Assembly: GCA_037388885.1 (NCBI GenBank)
Contig: JARRJS010000003.1
Coordinates: 4,422-68,421 of the forward strand
DNA: 64,000 bases
Direction of reading: 5' to 3'
From: Gemmatimonadota bacterium
Lineage (GTDB): Bacteria > Gemmatimonadota > Gemmatimonadetes > Longimicrobiales > RSA9
The notes under the pieces: model-generated
Databases searched by the model: none
What the model saw: the letters and a program-made list of their open reading frames with translations, nothing else
Told to the model about the DNA's origin: nothing
Shown: piece after piece, positions 1-9,103 of the stretch
Layout: each line of letters begins with the position of its first letter
How positions within the stretch are numbered: the stretch's first letter is position 1
Translations under genes and position numbers: made by a program

Positions 1-201
1 AAGCTCTCCCATCCAATCGGGTCGGTCATACTGGAAGCTGGTGTCATCGCTGAACCACGGCGTGGTGTTCAGGATAGGCGTGCCCGGTTCGACGGGCGTG
101 GCCGGCTCCTCGTTCCGGACGGGGGCGAGTGGCTCGCGGTCACATCCCGTCAGCAGGACGGCCGCGGCGACGAGCGTTGCGAAGGATGATGCCCTGATCA
201 T
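1..201 (-). CDS. Lipoprotein, N-terminal fragment (gene continues beyond the left edge)
   Basis: It is absent from the ORF track because it has no stop in the window. Reverse-strand reading from ATG (201..199) gives MIRASSFATLVAAAVLLTGCDREPLAPV..., with a basic n-region, hydrophobic core and lipobox LTGC. GGGAGG (reverse complement of 208..213) lies 6 nt upstream of the ATG. Confidence 0.6.
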   Translation of the reverse strand, partial: MIRASSFATLVAAAVLLTGCDREPLAPVRNEEPATPVEPGTPILNTTPWFSDDTSFQYDRPDWMGEL

Positions 202-670
202 GGATGACCTCCCGGCGATGCTGCATGCGGCATTGAGGCCTTCAGCGGAATCTGAGGGTGCAGAGTGAGGTGAAGGTCAGCGGCGAATGTGGGCGAGCAG
301 GTGGAGGCGGACGGAGGGGCATCCTGCGAGGTTCGTGACCCGACGGGTCCTTCGAGGAACGCATCGACACCACGCCCTTCTCGACAGGAAGGAGATGGAA
401 ACCAGCCTCCCCCGGGTCTGGAACCGCCGTCGTTCGCGAAGTGGCTCGGTCATATCCACGTGACGGCGTCTCCGTAGGTGTCCTTTGCCAATGTACGGAC
501 CCTTCCGCTGTGCGAAAGGGTGCGTGAATCTATTGGGAGATGGCCGCTCGGACGGAATCGCGAACATGATGGCCGGGCGCTTGCGTGGCGTTGGGGGGGC
601 CGAATCGGTCACACTCTCGGGTCGGGGTCCGTCAACAGGATGACCTACCCGACCGAGTGAGGAGGTGTCT

Positions 671-1156
671 ATGAGCCCAAAGAAGGGCACGCAGAAGTCC
701 GCGAAACGCACTAACGCGAAAGGCAAGCCAACCGCGGGATTCACGGACGAGGAACGAGCCGCGATGAAGGAGCGTGCCCGGGAGCTGAAAGCAGCCTCGC
801 GCCGCGGACCCGGCGCGAAGAAGGCGGACGGGGAAAGCGACGTGCTCGCGAAGATCGCCGAGATGCCGGAACCGGATCGCGCCATGGCCGAGCGACTTCA
901 TGCTCTCATCAAGGCCAGCGCGCCGACCCTCTCGCCGAGAACGTGGTATGGGATGCCCGCGTACGCGAAGGACGGCAAAGTCGTCTGCTTCTTCCAGAGC
1001 GCGCAGAAGTTCAAGAGCAGGTACGCGACACTCGGGTTCAGCGACAAGGCAAATCTCGACGAAGGCGCAATATGGCCGACCGCCTTCGCGCTGAAGGCGC
1101 TGACCACCGCCGGAGAGAAGAGGATCGTGGAGCTCGTGAAGAAAGCGGTGAGCTGA
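671..1156 (+). CDS. DUF1801/YdhG-like domain protein
   Basis: This is ORF 665..1156. The ATG at 671 is preceded by GGAGG (661..665). The C-terminal half ([34 protein letters not shown]) resembles the DUF1801/YdhG family from memory. The N-terminus is Lys/Ala-rich. Confidence 0.55.
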   Translation: MSPKKGTQKSAKRTNAKGKPTAGFTDEERAAMKERARELKAASRRGPGAKKADGESDVLAKIAEMPEPDRAMAERLHALIKASAPTLSPRTWYGMPAYAKDGKVVCFFQSAQKFKSRYATLGFSDKANLDEGAIWPTAFALKALTTAGEKRIVELVKKAVS

Positions 1157-1159
1157 GGA

Positions 1160-2044
1160 CTACTCCCCCGGCTTGCCGCGGAATTCCTCCAACGCCATCG
1201 ACGCGAGCGTGGCGCGATCGGCCACGGCATCGAGGCTGGTGATCCTTCCACCGCCGAAGGTGAGCCGGAGCACGAGCAGCATCCGCCCCTTGACCGGCAC
1301 CAGGATGCCGACCTCGTCGTCGATGAGGCCCGACAGCGCCGCATCCGCGCGTCCCTTGAAGAACTCCGCCACGGCGGTGGGGCCGTGAACCTCCGCCGGG
1401 CCGCCCATGCGGATCGCCTGGGCGTCGCAGCGGAAGACGACGTCGGGATCGAGCACCGCCACGAGCGCCTCGAAATCACCGGCCTTGGCGGCGGCGATGA
1501 ACGCCTCGACGACCTCCCGCTTGCGGCTGCGATCGACGTCGGACGTCGAGGCGCCCCGCACACGCCGCCGCGCCCGGCTGGCCAGCTGCCGCGTGGCCAC
1601 GGGCGTCCGTCCGACGATGGGCGCGATCTCGTCGAACGGAAGGTCGAACATGTCGTGGAGCACGAACGCTACGCGCTCCGCTGGCTTCAGCGTCTCCAAC
1701 ACGACCAGCAGGGCCAGCCCCACCGCCTCGGCAAGCTCGGCATCCTCTTCGGGGGTGCGCGGGTGGCGCCGCGCGGCACGCGGTTGCGGCTGGTGCACGC
1801 CCAGCGTCTCCTCCCGGCGTGCCTTGCGCGTGCGCAGCATGTCGAGACAGACCCGCCCCACGATCGTCGTCATCCAGCCGCCGAGATTGTCTACGCCGCC
1901 GGCACCCGCACGGCTCATGCGCAGCCATGCCTCCTGCACGGCGTCGTCCGCCTCCGCAGCCGAGCCCAACATGCGGTAGGCCACCCCGCGCAGGTGTTCG
2001 CGGTTCTTCTCGAATCGTCGGGCCAGGAGCTCGCGTTCATCCAT
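1160..2044 (-). CDS. ECF-type sigma-70 factor with C-terminal SnoaL-like extension (SigJ/ECF41-like)
   Basis: Region 2 (DAVQEAWLRM...WMTTIVGRVCLDMLR) and region 4 (PAERVAFVLHDMFDLPFDEIAPIVGRTPVATRQLASRARRRV) are recognisable. A roughly 110-aa C-terminal extension follows, as in SigJ-type sigma factors. Confidence 0.85.
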   Translation of the reverse strand: MDERELLARRFEKNREHLRGVAYRMLGSAAEADDAVQEAWLRMSRAGAGGVDNLGGWMTTIVGRVCLDMLRTRKARREETLGVHQPQPRAARRHPRTPEEDAELAEAVGLALLVVLETLKPAERVAFVLHDMFDLPFDEIAPIVGRTPVATRQLASRARRRVRGASTSDVDRSRKREVVEAFIAAAKAGDFEALVAVLDPDVVFRCDAQAIRMGGPAEVHGPTAVAEFFKGRADAALSGLIDDEVGILVPVKGRMLLVLRLTFGGGRITSLDAVADRATLASMALEEFRGKPGE

Positions 2045-2246
2045 CGGTCACACTCTCTCGTCGTGTCCCGTCATCCCATTGACGAAGGCACTTCGCCTGA
2101 TGTGACAACAAGGAGACGATGAGCAAGCTATGGCAAACCAATACGGAGGCCGAATCTCCGGTCGTGATGAAGCCGCGGCCTCGATTGTGCCGCCTGTGCC
2201 GGAACGGGAACAGAATGAACCGCACGATCCATAGGGGAGGAATAAG

Positions 2247-2579
2247 ATGAATCCTACGATTCACGCCCTGGTGGTCCCGGTGTCCGACCTGGACGCCGCC
2301 AAAGCAATCTATACCGCGCTGTTCGGCGAGCCGCACACCGACCAGCCCTACTACGTCGGCTACGACGCGGACGGCTTCGAGGTGAGCCTGGCTCCGAACG
2401 GTGACACCGACGCCGGGCCGGTTGCCTACGCCGATGTTGAGGATCTCGACGGCGTGCGTACGAAGCTGCTGGCCGCCGGTGCGACCGAGCGCAGCGCGCC
2501 CCGCGAGGTGGCGCCGGGAGTGCGAGTGTGCGTGCTGGAAGACGCGGACGGCAACCCGGTCGGCCTGAGGGGCAAGTAG
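2247..2579 (+). CDS. VOC/glyoxalase-like small protein
   Basis: The 110-aa protein has an N-terminus (ALVVPVSDLDAAKAIYTALFG) and C-terminus (VCVLEDADGNPVGL) typical of the glyoxalase/bleomycin-resistance fold. Confidence 0.6.
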   Translation: MNPTIHALVVPVSDLDAAKAIYTALFGEPHTDQPYYVGYDADGFEVSLAPNGDTDAGPVAYADVEDLDGVRTKLLAAGATERSAPREVAPGVRVCVLEDADGNPVGLRGK

Positions 2580-2780
2580 AGGTCCCTCGTGCCGGCTCGA
2601 CGCGAGGGAGGCGTCAACCGCACCACAGGGAGGGGCACTACTTTTTGTCGGTCGATTGAAACGGGGCCTCCGATGGTCGCGTAGAATAGGAGAGTACGAC
2701 GGGGCGATATGCGCTGTGGGGCTGGGCGTGCCGATCGCGCAACCTGAACAACGGTTTTCCGGACCAGCGAGGTTGAGACG

Positions 2781-4400
2781 TTGAGGAGTTGGTATCAGAG
2801 GGCTTCTGGGATCGGGGAGGGAAGCGCGACCTACGGGGCCGGGCCGCGTCCACCGTTCGCCGCGGCCGTCGTGCTGGTGCTGGCCGCGCTGACTTTCGGC
2901 CTGCACATGATCGTGCTGGCCGTGACGCCATACGGCATCCATCGCGATGCGTTCCTCTATTTCGCGATGGGCGACCATCTGCGCCTGTGGCACATGGATT
3001 TCCCGCCGCTCATCGCGATCATGGGGAACATCCAGACCGCGATCTTCGGGCACACGCTCGCGGCGGCGCGTGTCTTCCCGGCTTTGGAGGGGTGCGCCCT
3101 CCTCATCACGGCCGCCCTCATCGCTCGCGAGCTGGGCGGCGGCCGCTTCGCCCAAGGCCTCGCCGCGCTGCCCATGTTCACGGCCGGCATCTTCCTGCGG
3201 CCCGCCAACCTGTTCCAGCCCGTCGTGCTGGACCAACTCTGGTGGACGCTGGCGCTACTCTTCCTGGCCCGTGCGGCCCGGGCCGATGCCGACGGCGATC
3301 CCCGCGCGGGGCGCAATGCCTGGCTCGCGTTCGGCGTGGCCATGGGTCTCGGCTTGCTGACCAAGTTCAGCATCCTGTTCATCGGGTTGGCGATCCTGGG
3401 CGCGTTGCTGGTCACACGGCTGCGGCGCTCGCTCGCCACCCCCTGGCCCTGGGCCGCGGCCGTGATCGCGTTCGCGATCGGCAGTCCGAGCATCGTCGGG
3501 CAGATCAACCTCGGCTTCCCGGTCGTCGGCCAGATGCACTCCCTCAACGCTTCCCAGCTCGTCCACGTGTCGTACGCCTCGTTCGTGCTCGGGCAGCCAC
3601 TGATGACGGGGCCCATCGCCTGGCTGGTCTCCATCGCGGGCGCCGCCGCACTCCTCGCCTGGGGACCCCTGCGACCGTACCGCGTACTCGGGTTCGCCTG
3701 CATCTTCGCCTTCCTCCTGCTCATGGTGCTACACGGCAAGGCGTATTACGTCGGACCGATCTACCCCACCCTGTTCGCGGCGGGAGCGGTCTGGCTCGAC
3801 GGCGCGGCGCTCACCCGCGTACCGTCAGTGCCGCGGGTATTCCGCTGGGGCGTCGTCGCGGGGATGATCGCCATAGGCGCGCTCGGCCTGCCCATCACCC
3901 TGCCCATCCTCTCCCCGGAACACACGGCCGCCTACATCGTCCGACTGGGCGCCGAGGCGGTCAATGAAACCAACTGGGGCGGAACCGACCTGATCCCGCA
4001 GGACTTCGCCGACCAGCTCGGCTGGGAACGGCAGACGGAGACCGTCGCCCGCGTGTATGACTCGCTGTCGCCCGCCGATCAGAGGCAGACGGTGATCGGC
4101 GCGGACAACTACGGGGAGGCGGGAGCGCTGGAGTTCTTCGGGGCCCAGTACCACCTGCCACCGGTCGTCTGCGGTTGCGGCTCGTACTGGTACTTCGGCC
4201 CCGGTACGCGTCCGGGCAACGTGCTCATCGACGTGGGCAGCGATTCAGCCGAGATCGGGTCAATCTGGCGGGACGTCCGACTCGCCGCGCGCATCCGCAG
4301 CCCCTGGTCGGTGATGGAAGAGCGCGACGTGCCCGTCTGGATCGCGCGCGATCCGCGGATCACGCTGCAGCAGGCGTGGCCCACCATTCAGGGCAGGTGA
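2781..4400 (+). CDS. Polytopic membrane glycosyltransferase, GT39/GT83 (PMT/ArnT-like)
   Basis: There are more than 10 predicted TM segments. The N-terminal loop (RDAFLYFAMGDHLRLWHMDFPPLIAIMG) resembles ArnT/PMT-family enzymes, and a soluble C-terminal domain is present. The start is uncertain: TTG at 2781, and no in-frame ATG until about 2910. Confidence 0.65.
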   Translation: MRSWYQRASGIGEGSATYGAGPRPPFAAAVVLVLAALTFGLHMIVLAVTPYGIHRDAFLYFAMGDHLRLWHMDFPPLIAIMGNIQTAIFGHTLAAARVFPALEGCALLITAALIARELGGGRFAQGLAALPMFTAGIFLRPANLFQPVVLDQLWWTLALLFLARAARADADGDPRAGRNAWLAFGVAMGLGLLTKFSILFIGLAILGALLVTRLRRSLATPWPWAAAVIAFAIGSPSIVGQINLGFPVVGQMHSLNASQLVHVSYASFVLGQPLMTGPIAWLVSIAGAAALLAWGPLRPYRVLGFACIFAFLLLMVLHGKAYYVGPIYPTLFAAGAVWLDGAALTRVPSVPRVFRWGVVAGMIAIGALGLPITLPILSPEHTAAYIVRLGAEAVNETNWGGTDLIPQDFADQLGWERQTETVARVYDSLSPADQRQTVIGADNYGEAGALEFFGAQYHLPPVVCGCGSYWYFGPGTRPGNVLIDVGSDSAEIGSIWRDVRLAARIRSPWSVMEERDVPVWIARDPRITLQQAWPTIQGR

Positions 4401-4425
4401 TTCCCGGTGGCCGGTGAGCTCCTGG

Positions 4426-7068
4426 TCATGGACCGGTCCGACCGCTCTGGCTCCGAGGGCCGCCCCGCATCAGCTCCCGGAACAGGGGGTCCGAGCGGAT
4501 CCGGTCGAAGGCGGGGTCCACCCGTAGCCAGTCCCGCGTGATCGGCGAATAGCCTTCCAGCATGGGGCGGAGCTGGGTGGTGGCCCTTTCCGCGTCGCCG
4601 GCCATTCCGGCGAGCCGGGCGTAAGCGATGGCGTTAATGGCGCCGGGGTGAAAGTCCCAGTACGTGTTGCGGATGGCGATGCTCGAATCCGCCTGCGCCA
4701 GCGCGCCCTCTCGGTCGCCCAGCAGGAAATCCGCGTAGGCGAGGCGCATGCGCAACCGCTCAGCCTGCGGTTGGCCGTCGACGAGGGAACGCAACAGGGC
4801 ATGCGCCGAATCGGCCATGGCCATGGCGCGCGCAGAATCGCCCCGGCTCCATTCTTCGAGCGCGCATGCGACGAGCCGGTTCTGGGGCAGACGGGGGGAG
4901 TCGAGCCGGGGGAGTCCGGCCTCGGTCGCACCCGGATCACGGCAGATCCGAAGGGCCAGCGAATCGTCGATCAACCAACCCTGTAGGTCCCAGTCGAGGG
5001 CGAACCCGACGGTGGCGGAACGCAGGCGTGGCGACTCGATGTTCGATGTCAGCGCGCGCGCCGAATCCAGCGAACCCCGGGCTACCTGGATCATGGGGCC
5101 AACCATCATGGCCCACGCAACCCCCTGTTGAATCGCGAGGGGGCGGGCCTCCACGTCACGGCTCCACGCTTCGTCGAGTCGATGCTGCCAGAGAAGGATA
5201 TGGGACAGCCGGGACACGGCGGATGCGTTCAGCCGGTCCAGCGCGGTCCCCCGCCGTGCCTCGACGAGGGCGCTGTCGATTTGGCCAGCACTCCACAGAA
5301 CGGATGCAAGGAAATGCACGATGTCCGCGTCCCCCGGGGCCAACGCACGCGCACGATGGAAATAGATGAGGGCGGAATCCAGGTCGTGCGTCACGGAGCG
5401 GTGGAAGAGTCCCATCTCCATCTGGCTGCGCGCGTACCCGGGGGCATTACGGACTGCAGCCGTCGCCAGGCGGTACCCCTCCGCGCTGTCAGCTGCCGAC
5501 GCCCCCGACGCTGAGTAGCGGAGAATCGCGCCCTCCGCCAGCAGAGCGAGCGCCGGTGCAAAGGTCGAATCCAGCACGATGGCTTCTTGCAGTCGTGCCC
5601 TGCGTCGCTCCTCTCCTGGCTCCCGCAGGGCCCGCAGATAGGCCTCGTACGCCGCCGGATTGGCGCGCGGCGGCGTCAGGTGGGCCCTCGCCGCCTCTCC
5701 GATCGTGAGATCGAGTGCGTCGACGACGCGCCGTGCGATCGTACTCTCGACTCGTGCCAGGTTCGCGGCGCTGACGGCGATGGGGCCCCCATCCCAGAAC
5801 CGGATCTGTGTGCCGTTGGCGCCGAACAGCTCCGGCCGCACTTCGATCCGGTCTGCTGCCGTGTCGCGCTCCACGACCGCGCGAATGACATAGTCGGCGC
5901 CCAACCGTTCCGCGATCATCGGTGCAGGCGCGTTGCTGAGGCCTTTGGCGGCGCTGGTCACATCCCCTACGACGTCGATGCCATCGACGACGGCGAGGCG
6001 GTCACGGGTCGCGATCGTGATACCGGCCGCGATGGCGTCCACGTCGTCGCCGACCGGGCGGAACGGAAGAACCGCGATGGTGGCATGTGCCGAGGACGAT
6101 GGTCCCGGTCCGGGTCGCAGCCAGACAAGCGCGGTCAGTGCACCGGCGATGATGAGCGGCGCCGCGAGCCATCTCCATCGTCTCCTCGGTTCTTTCGTCG
6201 GGACGGCGGCCGCGACATGAGTCCCGGCACTGGCCGCATCGAGATCGGCGGCCATCTCTGCGGCCGTCCCGTATCGGTCTGCAGGAAGCTGGGCCAGGGC
6301 CCGGTCGAGCACCGGCTGCAGGGCCTCCGCGGCGGGCCGACCGACCGTGATGGAAGGAGGACCACCCGCCAGGGCCCGGGACACGATGGCCATGGCCGAC
6401 GGCCCGTCGTACGGCGGCCGGCCCGCGAGCATCTCGTAGAGGACGCAGCCGAGGGAATAGATATCGGTCCGGTGGTCGAGCGTGCTCTCTCCGGTGGCCT
6501 GCTCCGGGCTCATGTAGCGGGGCGTCCCGGTCGTCATGCCCGTCGCCGTAAGTCTCTGCCCGTCGCTGCCTTCTACCATCCGTGCGATGCCGAAATCCAC
6601 GACGAGGGCATGTCCCTCCTGGAGGAGAATGTTCTCAGGCTTGATGTCTCTGTGAACGATGCCCTGGCGGTGCGCGTAATCCAGCGCGTCCGCCACCTCC
6701 GCCGCGATTCCAATCGCGTCCGCCAGGGGAAGCTGTCCCTCGCGGTCGATCCGGGTCCGGACGGAGTCGCCTTCGATGAAGGGCATGGCGTACCATGGGC
6801 GGACCGGTGGGCCGACGATCTCACCGGAATCGATCACGGACAGGATGTGTGGATGAGTGAGGCGGGCCGCGAGCCGGATCTCCCGGTTGAACCGATCGTA
6901 GCCGACGGCGGCCGCGACCGCAGGGTCGAGCACCTTGATGGCTACGTTCCGACCATGCCTTGGGTCGGTTGCGAGGAACACGACCGCCATCCCGCCGCGT
7001 CCGATCTCGCGGAGGACCTCGTATCGGTCGGCCAATCCGGTCCGGATCTCTTCGAACAACGGGCTCAA
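4426..7068 (-). CDS. Ser/Thr protein kinase with TM segment, TolB-like periplasmic domain and TPR tail
   Basis: Hanks kinase motifs are present: GRGGMAVVF, AIKVL, HRDIKPENILL, DFGIA, GTPRYMSPEQ. These are followed by a TM segment (WLAAPLIIAGALTALVWL), an AVLPF-type domain and TPR-like repeats. The track ORF extends to 7371, but its first roughly 100 aa are Arg/Ser-rich and run into the divergent promoter. I place the start at TTG 7068, which has GGGAGA about 9 nt upstream. The start remains uncertain. Confidence 0.85.
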   Translation of the reverse strand: MSPLFEEIRTGLADRYEVLREIGRGGMAVVFLATDPRHGRNVAIKVLDPAVAAAVGYDRFNREIRLAARLTHPHILSVIDSGEIVGPPVRPWYAMPFIEGDSVRTRIDREGQLPLADAIGIAAEVADALDYAHRQGIVHRDIKPENILLQEGHALVVDFGIARMVEGSDGQRLTATGMTTGTPRYMSPEQATGESTLDHRTDIYSLGCVLYEMLAGRPPYDGPSAMAIVSRALAGGPPSITVGRPAAEALQPVLDRALAQLPADRYGTAAEMAADLDAASAGTHVAAAVPTKEPRRRWRWLAAPLIIAGALTALVWLRPGPGPSSSAHATIAVLPFRPVGDDVDAIAAGITIATRDRLAVVDGIDVVGDVTSAAKGLSNAPAPMIAERLGADYVIRAVVERDTAADRIEVRPELFGANGTQIRFWDGGPIAVSAANLARVESTIARRVVDALDLTIGEAARAHLTPPRANPAAYEAYLRALREPGEERRRARLQEAIVLDSTFAPALALLAEGAILRYSASGASAADSAEGYRLATAAVRNAPGYARSQMEMGLFHRSVTHDLDSALIYFHRARALAPGDADIVHFLASVLWSAGQIDSALVEARRGTALDRLNASAVSRLSHILLWQHRLDEAWSRDVEARPLAIQQGVAWAMMVGPMIQVARGSLDSARALTSNIESPRLRSATVGFALDWDLQGWLIDDSLALRICRDPGATEAGLPRLDSPRLPQNRLVACALEEWSRGDSARAMAMADSAHALLRSLVDGQPQAERLRMRLAYADFLLGDREGALAQADSSIAIRNTYWDFHPGAINAIAYARLAGMAGDAERATTQLRPMLEGYSPITRDWLRVDPAFDRIRSDPLFRELMRGGPRSQSGRTGP

Positions 7069-7208
7069 GGTGACCGTCTCCCGGAGGACGCTGGAAGATG
7101 CGCGGAAACGACGATGTATCCAGTATAGATCAAGATCCCCGAAGAAAATAGGAGATCGAAACGGGTCCGACGTTTCGAGTTCAGGGTGTAGGAGTAACCT
7201 CGCAGGGG

Positions 7209-8015
7209 ATGCGAATCGTGAGCAGACGAGTGCGGTCCATATTGAACGCCGCAGGGTCCTTCGCGCGCGAATTTCGGAGGCACCTGAAGTGGATCTGGAT
7301 GGAGCATGGAACGTGGGCGACCCTGTGGACGGCGTTCGGGTTCGGGGTCCTTGTTGCCTGGCCCCCCACATGGGTCACGGCGGCCACACTGGTGGGTCTG
7401 AGCGCCGTGGCGGCAGCGAAGGTCCTGGCCGTGCGGGTGCACAGGGGCCAGGTCAGCGGGTGGGTTCCCATGGGTTGCCTGCTCACAGCATGCGCCGCGC
7501 TTATTCCTCTACTGCGTTCGGCCCCGTATTTCGTCATTGCAGCGGGCGCGGCCGGGGCCTTGTTCCTCGCCGTGTATTTCCGGGCGTCACGGTCGCCACA
7601 GTGGACGCGCACCCTACCCGTAGAGCTCATGGGTGTGGTTCTCATGTCCGCCGCCGCAGGGCTTTCTGTTCTATCATCGCGACCGGACGCCACGCGCGAG
7701 GCGGCACTCGTGTGGGGCCTGTCGGCCGCGCTCTTCGTGCCCGGCGTGCCGAGGGCCAAGCTCCTGAAGGCACGAACAGCCGGTTTGCGGGTCTTGCTGC
7801 TGGGCGCGGCCCTGGTGGGCGTGGCTGCGTTCTTCCTGCTGGCACTCTGTGGCCTGGTTCCGTGGTGGGGTGCTCTCGCCGGACTCGTCTTCGTGGGCGA
7901 CACGCACGCTGCCATACGGTTGCCCCACGTCAAGACCAGGCGCTTGGGCATGGTCCTGATGCTGCGCAACGTGGCCGCTACGCTGCTGGCGGGGCTCGCC
8001 TGGCGGTCGTTCTGA
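7209..8015 (+). CDS. YwiC-like polytopic membrane protein
   Basis: The protein is hydrophobic with about 8 TM segments. The EHGTWATLW motif near the N-terminus resembles the YwiC-like family. The true start may be the internal ATG at about 7299. Confidence 0.55.
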   Translation: MRIVSRRVRSILNAAGSFAREFRRHLKWIWMEHGTWATLWTAFGFGVLVAWPPTWVTAATLVGLSAVAAAKVLAVRVHRGQVSGWVPMGCLLTACAALIPLLRSAPYFVIAAGAAGALFLAVYFRASRSPQWTRTLPVELMGVVLMSAAAGLSVLSSRPDATREAALVWGLSAALFVPGVPRAKLLKARTAGLRVLLLGAALVGVAAFFLLALCGLVPWWGALAGLVFVGDTHAAIRLPHVKTRRLGMVLMLRNVAATLLAGLAWRSF

Positions 8016-8026
8016 CCCGGAAAGCC

Positions 8027-9103
8027 TCAAGGCGACGTCTCGGAAGCCCGCACCACGCAGTTGAACCATTCGAGCGGTGCGTCGGGCTGGTCGTCCACGC
8101 AGACGACGGTGTACGGCGTGGCGGAAACGGCCACGATGCCGAAGACGCCCGTCGCGCCATCCAGGCCGGGGCCGGCGGCGGAGCGGACCACTTCGTCGCC
8201 GGCGAGGACGTCTTCGAGGTAGCGGTCGTAGTTGGCGTCGGCGGCCACCAGCAGCAACGAGATGGCGGCGGAGTCCCACAGCATCACGGGGAGAGGCTCG
8301 CACCGGATCTGGGTCACGTCCAGTTTCAGCGGGCCGTAGGTCGGCCCACGCGTCTCCGATCCGCGGGCACCCAGCGAGCAGTCCGTCGTCGTGTCCGCCG
8401 GGTAGCCGCGCTGGAGCGCGAAAACGCTGTCCACGCGCGCGAACGCCTGGACCCGGCGGGCGGTGGTGCCGGGTGCCAGCTCCATGTCGATGGTGAGAAT
8501 CGGGGCGGCGTACGGTGCCGGCGTGCCGCCGGCCGCCTCGGGCGCGGCGCGCCAGGCCACGGGGCCGTGGGCGCCCCGCTCCGGCGATGCCAGCCACGCG
8601 GGCTCCGGCGCCACGGCCTCGCCCGTGATGGTGTCGCCCGAGGGCAGCTCGATGTGCAGCCGATAATGGGCACCCGACCGCACCGGGGCCGGCAGCAAGC
8701 CGGTGTAGCAGCCAGCCATGGGCGCGGGCGTGTAGCTCGTGTCCGTCGACGGCACCCGGAAACAGTCGGGGAGGCCGTTGGTGGGGTGTTCCGGCAGCTC
8801 GGTGGAGCCTTCGTCGCTCTCCACCGCCACGCGGGCGCCCGAGACCGGCACCGGGGCCAAGCCGTGTTCGGGGATGCGGAGCAGCGAGACGGCGGCGGTG
8901 TCGGAGTCCACCCGCAGGATCGAGCTCACCATGATCGTCGCACCGCCGGGGGCCGTGGGCACGTCCAGTTCGACGCAGCCGGCGAGGGCCAAGGCGGCGA
9001 GAGCGGTGACAACGGTTGGGGCGGTGGTGGGCCTCGCGAAGCTCCGGAGACGCCGACCGACGGGGTCCGCAGGAATGGTCGTCGTCGCACTCAGAATGCC
9101 CAT
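8027..9103 (-). CDS. Lipoprotein encoded downstream of the TonB-dependent receptor (DUF4249-like context)
   Basis: ATG at 9103 gives MGILS...ALAALALAGCVELD, with lipobox LAGC. The gene overlaps the receptor stop codon (9091..9093) by 13 nt. The longer track ORF (to 10042) is an Arg/Pro-rich shadow of the receptor gene. Confidence 0.65.
   Translation of the reverse strand: MGILSATTTIPADPVGRRLRSFARPTTAPTVVTALAALALAGCVELDVPTAPGGATIMVSSILRVDSDTAAVSLLRIPEHGLAPVPVSGARVAVESDEGSTELPEHPTNGLPDCFRVPSTDTSYTPAPMAGCYTGLLPAPVRSGAHYRLHIELPSGDTITGEAVAPEPAWLASPERGAHGPVAWRAAPEAAGGTPAPYAAPILTIDMELAPGTTARRVQAFARVDSVFALQRGYPADTTTDCSLGARGSETRGPTYGPLKLDVTQIRCEPLPVMLWDSAAISLLLVAADANYDRYLEDVLAGDEVVRSAAGPGLDGATGVFGIVAVSATPYTVVCVDDQPDAPLEWFNCVVRASETSP

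Noticed and set aside
41-268. 75-aa plus-strand ORF at the left edge
   Set aside because: The opposite strand encodes a well-formed lipoprotein N-terminus with a strong RBS. The plus-strand ORF has neither an RBS nor recognisable features.
5587-7128. 513-aa plus-strand ORF
   Set aside because: It is antisense to the kinase catalytic domain and has shadow-ORF composition.
7156-7178. Inverted repeat TCGAAACG-n7-CGTTTCGA in the kinase/membrane-protein intergenic region
   Set aside because: The arms are only 8 bp and there is a single occurrence. I cannot distinguish it from chance without comparative data.
7069-7371. N-terminal extension of the Ser/Thr kinase ORF
   Set aside because: The roughly 100 aa before the kinase domain are Arg/Ser-rich. 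They extend across the AT-rich divergent promoter and overlap the start of the membrane-protein gene at 7209. An internal TTG with an RBS fits better.
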